This document shows, piece by piece, positions 10,278 to 17,703 of a stretch of 64,000 nucleotides of DNA. Every line of letters begins with the position of its first letter. Position 1 is the stretch's first letter. The stretch is from an uncultured Planctomycetota bacterium (GTDB lineage Bacteria; Planctomycetota; Planctomycetia; Isosphaerales; Isosphaeraceae). The translations under genes and the position numbers were made by a program. Location: NCBI GenBank assembly GCA_963823665.1, contig CAWGMQ010000006.1:1376001-1440000 (forward strand). Reading direction: 5' to 3'. The notes beneath the pieces are model-generated. The model made no database searches. It was not told the DNA's origin and saw only the letters and a list, made by a program, of their open reading frames with translations.

Positions 10278-11504
10278 ATGTCCGGTTATGGACCGGACAG
10301 CGCGGCAGAGATGGCTCCGTGGCTCAAGTGTTCCGGTTGGTTAGCCAAGCGGCCCTGGCTCTTTCTCGCCCGGTTCAAGGGCGAGAGCTGGATTCATTGC
10401 ATCGCATCGAAGCCGGGGCTTGTTTCGCTCGAAACGCTCGGGCGCAGCAAACACTTGCAGATCCTCAATGCCGGGTTCGATCTGGGCGAAAATCGGACAC
10501 ACGCTCAGTATCACAACAAGGGAAACATCGCGGCCGAGCTCACGGCTGCCGGAAAAGCGAAAGATCCGCTCGGGGTGCACTCGTTCAAGTCATCGGTCCG
10601 AGTCAAGGCGTTTCTCAAGCAATGCAAAACGGTTCGACACGCGGTCGACGGCTTCTTCGCGGCGCAAGACGCAGTGCTACGCGTGTTATCAGTCATCGAA
10701 GTGAACGGACTTCTTGAGCTGCGGGACGGCCTTGGGCGAGCTGTGAGCGCGGGCGAGCTAGCCGAGATCGGAATTCGATACTTTGTACCGATCACGGCCG
10801 AGGAGGATCCGGCTGGAGTGCGGCTGCAAGCGGCGATCAACACGGGCGACGTGGAGGCGGCTCGCCAGGCGATCGCGTCGGGCGCAAGCCTTGAGTTCAT
10901 TCCTGACGAATTCCGCAGCCCCTTGAGCATTGCCTTCGATGATACGCACCCAGGAGACTGGCGCGGCGTTGCGAAGCTGCTCATCGAGGCCGGTGCACCC
11001 ATCGATGGCTATGATTGGGAGGAGTCGCTGATCTGTTCTCCGATCAAAAACTTGGGGAAGTACGAAGACTCGGTCATCAAACGCATGGAGGCGATGCTCT
11101 CGCTGGGGGCATCCATCGATTCTCGGGGACGGTTGCCTGCTGTAGGGTTCACACCGTTACATCTCGCCGTCGAGAAGAATCAATTGCAGGTCGTGCAGTT
11201 CTTGATCGACGAGGGGGCCGACCTCGACGCACGCGATGTGCACGGTCGCACGCCGCTGGAACTGGCGGAAGATCAGGCAAGTGATGATCTGGAGAAAGAA
11301 GCTGCTGGTGGTGCGAATGACGAGGCTTCCTCTAGCGAGGGAGTCAGCCCTGAATTGACGCCACTCGAACTCTTCGTCAGCAAGTATTCGAGAACGCCAA
11401 GGGAGAGCGCGAGACGACGAATTCAAATCGTGAAGCTGCTGCGAGAAGTCTACGCGCACCGCCAGGCCGACTCACACGGCCCGCCGGCTAAAGTGAAGAG
11501 GTAA
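10278..11504 (+). CDS. Ankyrin-repeat protein
   Basis: GFTPLHLAVEKNQLQVVQFLIDEGADLDARDVHGRTPLELA plus degenerate repeats. Start uncertain (ATG at 10278). Confidence 0.85.
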   Translation: MSGYGPDSAAEMAPWLKCSGWLAKRPWLFLARFKGESWIHCIASKPGLVSLETLGRSKHLQILNAGFDLGENRTHAQYHNKGNIAAELTAAGKAKDPLGVHSFKSSVRVKAFLKQCKTVRHAVDGFFAAQDAVLRVLSVIEVNGLLELRDGLGRAVSAGELAEIGIRYFVPITAEEDPAGVRLQAAINTGDVEAARQAIASGASLEFIPDEFRSPLSIAFDDTHPGDWRGVAKLLIEAGAPIDGYDWEESLICSPIKNLGKYEDSVIKRMEAMLSLGASIDSRGRLPAVGFTPLHLAVEKNQLQVVQFLIDEGADLDARDVHGRTPLELAEDQASDDLEKEAAGGANDEASSSEGVSPELTPLELFVSKYSRTPRESARRRIQIVKLLREVYAHRQADSHGPPAKVKR

Positions 11505-11647
11505 GGACTCAAAGAAGCCACAACGAAGTCTACGCCATCATCTTGCGGGTTCTTGCTTCGCACACTCAGGTCGATACGAGATGTGAGGATGAGGGAAGCC
11601 AATGCCTCGCTCCTCTCAGTGATGAACCAATTGCGGTCTTCCGACAT
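11500..11647 (-). pseudogene. DUF4365-like fragment (second of a tandem pair)
   Basis: MSEDRNWFITERSEALASLILTSRIDLSVRSKNPQDDGVDFVV with a GGAGG RBS. The D.GVD motif is present, then the sequence is truncated against the ankyrin gene end. Confidence 0.55.
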
Positions 11648-11654
11648 TGCGTGC

Positions 11655-11790
11655 CTCCCAGACAGTCGAATGTCGGAAATTTGTCCCCGAGAAATCGCGG
11701 ACGAAAGTACGGCTCATTCCTTCCGCTCAGTTCTGTCACGATGATGACAAAAAATCGCCTGTCCGCGCTCGCCAATGCCGTCTTTGCTCA
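11655..11790 (-). pseudogene. DUF4365-like fragment (first of a tandem pair)
   Basis: LSKDGIGERGQAIF/VIIVTELSGRNEPYFRPRFLGDKFPTFD, with a frameshift in a T run. Truncated. Confidence 0.55.
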
Positions 11791-11866
11791 AGTTCGTACC
11801 CCCGCCAGCACGTTACCCAATCTTTGCACATTGATCATAACGTCCCGGGGCCAAAGAGCACATCCA

Positions 11867-11925
11867 GGGACTACAAGCCACCCACCTTCCGCGAGCGACG
11901 GGTGCATGGCTGCACCTCGAAAGGT
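11867..11925 (+). repeat. 59-bp hairpin-rich repeat, copy 2
   Basis: Matches 8816-8874. Confidence 0.8.
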
Positions 11926-12081
11926 GGTTTCTGGCCTCGCCCCCTCGCCACATCCCTCCCTGACACGTTATCCTTCAAAGGTGGTCCGGCCCTTCAAACC
12001 GAATCCGCTCGCGAACGGTCGCGCACGGGCGTCCCCCACTCCTTGTTCCACGTACCGAGCCCCAGGCTCCCCAAAAGGAGA

Positions 12082-12480
12082 ATGCCGCATGACATCCATT
12101 CTGATCAAATCTTGCTCGATCTTCGCTCCACACTCGACGAGGTAAGACGCCTCCTCGCCGATCGTGCGCACCGCGACGCGCGCCGGAGGTTCTTCGTCGA
12201 GGGCGCGAGAAACGTCGTCCATGCCCTCGAGACCGGCTTCCACATTGATGCGCTCATCTACAGCTTCGCCTATCCTCGCCCGACAATCCTCGTCCTGGGC
12301 GAGGAGCGCGGAGGGCTCTCGCCGCTCCAGCGTGATCTCTGCTCGGACCTCGTTCGCATTCCAATGCTCGGTGTCGCTGACTCCCTGAATCTCGCCGTGG
12401 CCGGAAGCCTGCTGCTGTACGAGGTCTATCGGGCCAGGTCGGCCCACGACACGAGTGTTCGCCGATCCGAAGTACGTTAG
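12082..12480 (+). pseudogene. TrmH/SpoU RNA methyltransferase, internally deleted copy 2 (in-frame, 132 aa)
   Basis: AAAAGGAG RBS. DALIYS is fused directly to FAYPRPTILVLGEE, so the central region is absent. Near-identical to 7857-8314. Confidence 0.8.
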
Positions 12481-12500
12481 ATATCGCAGTGGGGTTGAGC

Positions 12501-12959
12501 ATGGGAAACGCTGTGAAGATCAGGGCGCTGACCGCTCCACCGGCTCCATTCGCCACATTTGACCCGGGCGAATACATGAGCGGATTGGACTTCTACGAAA
12601 CAGACAGCGCAATCAACGACCAGGATCGTGACGGCCTGGCGCAGTTCACACACTTCATTGCCTTCATTGCCCTCCAGGCAAACTCGAGCAAGTGGGCTGC
12701 GTCAATCGTGCCGCGGGGCTCGTTGGCTTATCGAGCTCTGGATTCACATTTCGGACACTTGAGCGGCTGGCGCGAACTCTCGGAGAATCACGGGTTGTCT
12801 TTTCGGCATTTGGCGAGCTTCCTGATGCAGGACTACCCCCCGCGTGCGCCAAAAGGTAAGCCGCCGAACCAGCCGGTGCAGCAAACGGCGACCACAATGC
12901 TGCTTCCCGGTCTCTCTCACGGTCCTCCTGACCCATCGACTCGTTTGGAAGTTCGCTGA
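12501..12959 (+). CDS. Hypothetical protein (cassette-like; 3' end reads into a degenerate attC half)
   Basis: ATG at 12501. Part of it is duplicated at 8338-8460. Confidence 0.5.
   Translation: MGNAVKIRALTAPPAPFATFDPGEYMSGLDFYETDSAINDQDRDGLAQFTHFIAFIALQANSSKWAASIVPRGSLAYRALDSHFGHLSGWRELSENHGLSFRHLASFLMQDYPPRAPKGKPPNQPVQQTATTMLLPGLSHGPPDPSTRLEVR
12863..12919 (+). mobile_element. Truncated attC-like left half
   Basis: GCCGAAC-CAGCC-GGTGCAGC has the same R''-5nt-L'' geometry as 13434. No matching right arm. Confidence 0.55.
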
Positions 12960-13044
12960 TTGACCGGCCGACTTTGGCCCGTCATGATCAATGCGTTCGC
13001 GTGAGAGAATCACAAGTTCGGAGGCGCGAAGAAAAGGGGTTTGT

Positions 13045-13424
13045 ATGGAGCAGGTAGTTGGAATTGGCGGTGTATTCTTCAAAGCTCGCGATCCCAAGGC
13101 GCTCGCCGCCTGGTATCGCGAGCACTTGGGCGTGCCCGTCGAACCAGAGCAAACCTACGGGGCTTTCACGTCTGCCACGGCTGGAGAGCAGGCGGTTTGG
13201 TCTGCCTTCCCTGCCGACACCTCCTACTTTGGTTCGGGCACACAACCGTTCATGGTCAATTATCGCGTCCGGAACCTCGACGCCATGTTGGCCCAGCTCC
13301 GAGCTGCCGGGCGCAAGTAGACGACCGAGTCGAGGACTACGACTTTGGCCGGTTCGGCTGGGCGACCGACCCCGAGGGCAACCGATTCGAGCTATGGGAG
13401 CCGCGCCCACCCGGACAGGGGTAA
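13045..13424 (+). CDS. VOC/glyoxalase family protein (one frameshift near 13310)
   Basis: MEQVVGIGGVFFKARDPKALAAWYREHLG...FMVNYRVRNLDAML and GRFGWATDPEGNRFELWEP. Confidence 0.9.
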
Positions 13425-13433
13425 GCGCACCGC

Positions 13434-13531
13434 GCCGAACCAATGGCTGAAGCTGACCGGGGCCGCCATCCTGGTTTTTCGAGCTTCAAAGTTCTTGCAG
13501 GCGGCCCCGGCAGCTTAGCCGAGCGTTCCGG
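13434..13531 (+). mobile_element. Integron attC recombination site
   Basis: R'' GCCGAAC, 5-nt spacer, L'' GCTGAAGC, stem TG-A-CCGGGGCCGCC/GGCGGCCCCGG-CA, L' GCTTAGC, 5-nt spacer, R' GTTCCGG. Two extrahelical bases; 98 bp. Confidence 0.85.
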
Positions 13532-13591
13532 AGGCGCGCGTGAGAATTGCATGCAACCCGCTGCGAGACGATTCAGCGGTTCTCAATCGCG

Positions 13592-13939
13592 CTACGGGAT
13601 CTCCACGCCTCGGGGCGCCGTGGTAAGGTGCTTGCGGCCGGGCTCGAGGGCGGCGACGAAGACCGAAAGCGCGGCCTTCGAATCGCCACCTCCGCAGGAG
13701 AAAATATCGAGAGCGATATATCGGTGCTCGGGGTAAGTGTGGAACGCGATGTGAGACTCCGAGAGGAGGAGGTAGCCCGTGAGGCCACCCCCTTCGAAGC
13801 GGTGCAGCACCGGAGGGCCGATCGGCTTCATCCCACCCCGACGCGCCGCTAGGTCGAGACAATCGGCCAGCAGCCCGCCATCGACCAGACGGTCGGAGGC
13901 GACGTCGTAAAGGTCGGCAAGCAAGTGTTGACCGATCAT
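13592..13939 (-). CDS. speD: S-adenosylmethionine decarboxylase proenzyme (short pyruvoyl-dependent class)
   Basis: G.HLLADLY, HRFEGGGLTG, LLSESHIAFHTYPE (E|S self-cleavage site) and DIFSCG. GAGGAAAGGA RBS. Confidence 0.93.
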   Translation of the reverse strand: MIGQHLLADLYDVASDRLVDGGLLADCLDLAARRGGMKPIGPPVLHRFEGGGLTGYLLLSESHIAFHTYPEHRYIALDIFSCGGGDSKAALSVFVAALEPGRKHLTTAPRGVEIP

Positions 13940-14022
13940 CGACGATTCCGTCCTTTCCTCTTCCGGTCAGGAAATGCTCCAGGCAACCATCAGGCCGGCG
14001 GCAACGAATCTCGTGTGCAGCA

Positions 14023-15081
14023 TCACGGAGCGAGCCGACTGGTGGGTCCCTCCTCGACTGCCAGGTGCTGCAGGAAGGGAAGCATCGCATTGGCGATCCG
14101 GTCGTAGCTGTACAGGTCGTGTGCACCGGCGTAGACCCGGTTCGCGCCTCCAAATCGCCGCTTGAACTGCGAGAGCCGGCGGTACCTGTGGTCGGCCCGG
14201 TCGCCATGGGCGTCGATCCCATAAAGGTCGTACGTGGCGCAGCCGCGATCGATCGCCGAGGCCATGATGGCGGACTGAAGGGCGGAGGGCGCCATCACTT
14301 CGCGGTGTTCCCGGCGGCTGCCGCCGTAAAGGTACGTGGCGCGGGGGCCGAAGAAGACCGCGATGGCAGCGGCCAGGGTCTCGCCCCGGTACGTCGCGAA
14401 GAAGGCCGCGGCCATCCGGGCGGGGAATAGGATTGCCGCCAGGTCCATCAGGTAGCAAAGCGGCTCCGCGGCGAACCCCTGACGAGCAGCCGTCTCGACG
14501 AGCAGCGGATGGAACCGCGCGGCCGAGGCCGGGTCGGTCGTCACCTCGATTTCGACCCCGTGCCGCCTGGCGAGCCCGACATTGTACCTGCCTTTTGACG
14601 TCATCCGGATGAGGACGCCGGCCATCCCACCCGACAGGTCCACTTCGTTCGTCTCGAACGGGTCGAAATCGACGGGTGCGCGGACGAACCCACGCAGATA
14701 AGGCGGCAGTGGAGGAGCGAGACGGGGCTCGATCCGCCAGAGGATGCTGTCCGTCCGCCGACGCAGCCGGCACGCCTCGCGCCGGATCGCGGCGAAGAGT
14801 ACGGCGGCACGCTCCGGGTCATGCCAGGGCACGAGCGGACCTCCGGGCGTGACCAGGATGCCCGGCCCGTCGAGCGAGCGGGCGGCCTGGAAGATCGCCC
14901 CGCCCTCGATCCGGCCGTCGCGAAACCAGAGCCGCGGATAGACCTCGACCCCCTGGCGCGCCTGGAGCTCGGCCCAGGTCAGCGATTGCATGAACCCGCA
15001 TGCGGGGTTCTCACGCACCGCCCTTTCCCAGGCGTCACGGTACTCGTCGCTGAACTTGGTGCATTGGAGCGGGCCGGACAT
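14023..15081 (-). CDS. FemABX-family (double GNAT) aminoacyl-tRNA-dependent transferase-like protein
   Basis: FMQSLTWAEL, MTSKGRYNVGLARRHGVEI, ATYLYGGS, APSALQ, YDLYGI and FKRRFGG motifs. Confidence 0.85.
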   Translation of the reverse strand: MSGPLQCTKFSDEYRDAWERAVRENPACGFMQSLTWAELQARQGVEVYPRLWFRDGRIEGGAIFQAARSLDGPGILVTPGGPLVPWHDPERAAVLFAAIRREACRLRRRTDSILWRIEPRLAPPLPPYLRGFVRAPVDFDPFETNEVDLSGGMAGVLIRMTSKGRYNVGLARRHGVEIEVTTDPASAARFHPLLVETAARQGFAAEPLCYLMDLAAILFPARMAAAFFATYRGETLAAAIAVFFGPRATYLYGGSRREHREVMAPSALQSAIMASAIDRGCATYDLYGIDAHGDRADHRYRRLSQFKRRFGGANRVYAGAHDLYSYDRIANAMLPFLQHLAVEEGPTSRLAP

Positions 15082-15093
15082 GGGACATCACCC

Positions 15094-16569
15094 CTACCGC
15101 GGCGTGCGGTAGTAGTAGTAGCGGCCGTTGTAGTAGCAATAGTAGTAGTGGTAATACGGATCGGAATACCAGTAGTAGTAGGGAGTGGTCACGGTCCCCG
15201 CACCTCCGGACACGTACCCGCCGCGCTGCTGCATCGGATACGCGCCACCTCCGAAATAGGTTCTACTTCCTGGGGGACTTCCGTGCCCCCCCTTGGCGTA
15301 GGCGGCCGTGGGCATGGCGGTCTGCGCGAGGACGAGTACGAGCATCAATACGCTAAAGAATCGCCAACCCCAGGTCGTGAAGTTGGCCACGGGATCCTCA
15401 CCTCGCGACAGGAACTCGCGGAACCGCTTCAGTTCGGCCACGAGCCGCCCGGGCAAGGCGGCGGCGCGGCGGAGCAAAGCCGAGATCAACCGCCCTAGAT
15501 CGAGCGTGCTTGCGGCCTGAACCAGGTGGCCCGCCCACTCCATGACCAGCTCGCGGGTGACGATCCGGTGACCCAGCGGCACGCACATCAAGAGATCGTC
15601 GATCCCGGTACCGGGCTGGCGATCGAGCCACCCTTTCAGCTTCAGGCTCGGGACGGTCGCGGTGGCCGGCTCAGGCGGCGGGAACGGGTCGTCGAACCCG
15701 AGGAAGCAAACCGTCTCCTCGGCTTCTCCCGGCGCGATCGTGGTCGCATCGAGCAGATACTCATAAAGCGTCCGCCCCGCGTCCGATGCGGGTCGGATCG
15801 TCGTCCGCTGGTCGGCCTGTTGCCGGGGGAATTCGAAGCAGTCCACGAGCCCGGGCCCGTCAAGAGTTCGCACGCCCTCTGGAATGGGTACCGAACGCAT
15901 CTCAACAGGTGTGATGGCTCGATCCGAGGCGAGGAAGAACCCCCAGACGCCATACCCCAGCTCGGCGAAGCTGGGGACGCGCGACCGGCCCGGGAGCGCG
16001 GCGAGGCCGGCCGAGCGGAGGCTCTGGTAGACGCACCAGTACGCCGCGGGGGTCTGGTCCGGCGAGAGCCCATTGAGGGCAAGGATGCCCCCGGGCTCCA
16101 GGTGCGCGCGCAGCTTCTGGAACCAGTCGCGTGTGAACAGACCGCAGTCGGCCAGGGTGCTGGGACAGGTCAGGTCCGAGAAGATCGCGTGGAACGAGCC
16201 GGCCTTCGCGAGCGCCTCCCGGACGTCGGCGACCTCCACGGCGACCCGGTTATCGGCGAGGCTCGACCCGTTCCAGGGGGCGAGCTCGGTGCCCGCAAGG
16301 GCCAGGACCTCCGGGTTGTAGTCGATCACGCGGACCGACGCGACTCCCTCATGCCGAAGCAGCTCGCGGACGAGCAGGCCGTCGCCGCCGCCGAGCACGA
16401 GCAGGTTAAGCGGCCCCTCGAACCTCGCCCGCGCGGCGAGCAGGGCGGGATTGGCGAGCCGCTCGTGGTAAATCGCTTCGTCGTCGGTGTCGAATTGAAG
16501 GTCGCCGCCAAGGTAAAGCCGCAGCCCTCCAGCGCGTCGCTCCAGGACGAGCGTTATGTGCAAGAACAT
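15094..16569 (-). CDS. Polyamine aminopropyltransferase-like enzyme with C-terminal helical, TM and Gly/Tyr-rich extension
   Basis: LYLGGDLQF, DEAIYHE, LVLGGGDGL, IFSDLTCP, LEPGG and PSF...WGF motifs. GGAGGAG RBS. About 230 extra C-terminal residues. Confidence 0.88.
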   Translation of the reverse strand: MFLHITLVLERRAGGLRLYLGGDLQFDTDDEAIYHERLANPALLAARARFEGPLNLLVLGGGDGLLVRELLRHEGVASVRVIDYNPEVLALAGTELAPWNGSSLADNRVAVEVADVREALAKAGSFHAIFSDLTCPSTLADCGLFTRDWFQKLRAHLEPGGILALNGLSPDQTPAAYWCVYQSLRSAGLAALPGRSRVPSFAELGYGVWGFFLASDRAITPVEMRSVPIPEGVRTLDGPGLVDCFEFPRQQADQRTTIRPASDAGRTLYEYLLDATTIAPGEAEETVCFLGFDDPFPPPEPATATVPSLKLKGWLDRQPGTGIDDLLMCVPLGHRIVTRELVMEWAGHLVQAASTLDLGRLISALLRRAAALPGRLVAELKRFREFLSRGEDPVANFTTWGWRFFSVLMLVLVLAQTAMPTAAYAKGGHGSPPGSRTYFGGGAYPMQQRGGYVSGGAGTVTTPYYYWYSDPYYHYYYCYYNGRYYYYRTPR

Positions 16570-16999
16570 ACATCTCCTCCTTCCGCGTTAGTTCCGATCA
16601 AACCCAATCCAATTACTGTGCGTTGCGAAAACAACTGATGTGGCCTCCTCGGCCTCCTCGGCGGAGACGAAGAGCGGTCCCCGATCGAGGATGGCCGTCG
16701 CGCAGGAGGCAGAGCCGGCGTGTCCCCCGGAACAGCACAACCCAACCCCCGGGGGTGGAGTAACGAAGGCGGGTCGAGGAGCAAGAGGAAGAACAGGATC
16801 ATCGGAGGGACGCCGGGTTCGCCAGGCTGATCACCCTCCCTACAACCAGTTCGTCCCGCGTCGGTGTTTTGTGCGAGTGTTTCGCGAGATTTTCATTCTC
16901 AAGGCTTAAGTTCCGGGGACACCAGACGTAATTCTCACAGCCAGCATGAATGAGCTTCGCCGAGGTGGCGGCGGCCGCGCTGGCATACGACACGAACGG

Positions 17000-17113
17000 T
17001 TAGCCTCTGCCCCGCACCAATTGCATGATCGCCGCCCTGACATCCGGCGTCACGTAGTGCCATTTCGCGACCAGTTCCTGCAGTGCCTCCTCACTGCAGA
17101 CATCGTGATTCAT
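17000..17113 (-). CDS. Small 37-aa protein or remnant (L..L...W......R.AI..LV motif)
   Basis: MNHDVCSEEALQELVAKWHYVTPDVRAAIMQLVRGRG. Below the ORF track cutoff. Confidence 0.35.
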   Translation of the reverse strand: MNHDVCSEEALQELVAKWHYVTPDVRAAIMQLVRGRG

Positions 17114-17162
17114 CGGATTGGCTCGGAGAGTTGCCCTTGGTCGAGTCAGGCGCGAATGGCAC

Positions 17163-17256
17163 GCTCACTGGCATGGTTTTGTCCAGAGCTATTCGGCTCG
17201 CATGAAGCATGCATTTATGCGTCTCTCTCACGATTTGAAACGACAGATCCAACCCC
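17163..17256 (+). repeat. Dispersed ~93-bp repeat, copy 2
   Basis: Colinear with 4185-4277. Confidence 0.55.
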
Positions 17257-17703
17257 CGATTTCGTGCGTCGTTGATAGCAGTACGCGCAGCCGCTGCCCG
17301 ATCCCACGCATGTCGATTTCAGTGGTGAATTCCCGAAGGGCGTTTTTCCCGAGCAATTCGTCGCTCACCCTCCAAACGACCGCGCCGTCGCGCGGCCCGC
17401 TGCGTCGATCTGGGCAAAAAATGCACCCTCCTCGCTTTGTTTGCCCGTATCCCCGACGCGCGTCCGTGTCCGTGCCGAGCAACGCAAGCTCTGCCGGAGT
17501 CCAACGAAGGAAAAACGCGGGAACCCCGATCCGCTCTCGCTTGGCGTGAACGCAGGATGGAGTCCTTCCGAAGTTGAGTTTAGCGCCTGCGACCCCCCTG
17601 TGCCGATTCGATGGGCGTCGTGCATCGGCATTTCGCAGATTTGCGCCTGCGCATGAGCCCGAATTCCGAGGAGACCATTCGCCTCACACTCAAATTCCAT
17701 CGC

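Noticed and set aside
11639..11678. TTCCGACATT/AATGTCGGAA inverted repeat as terminator or IS end
   Set aside because: No U tract, and both arms are explained by DUF4365-like coding fragments.
16570..16990. Separate precursor peptide or riboswitch upstream of the spe/fem operon
   Set aside because: The short ORFs (such as 16554-16802) lack a good RBS or motif, and I recognised no SAM-riboswitch consensus.
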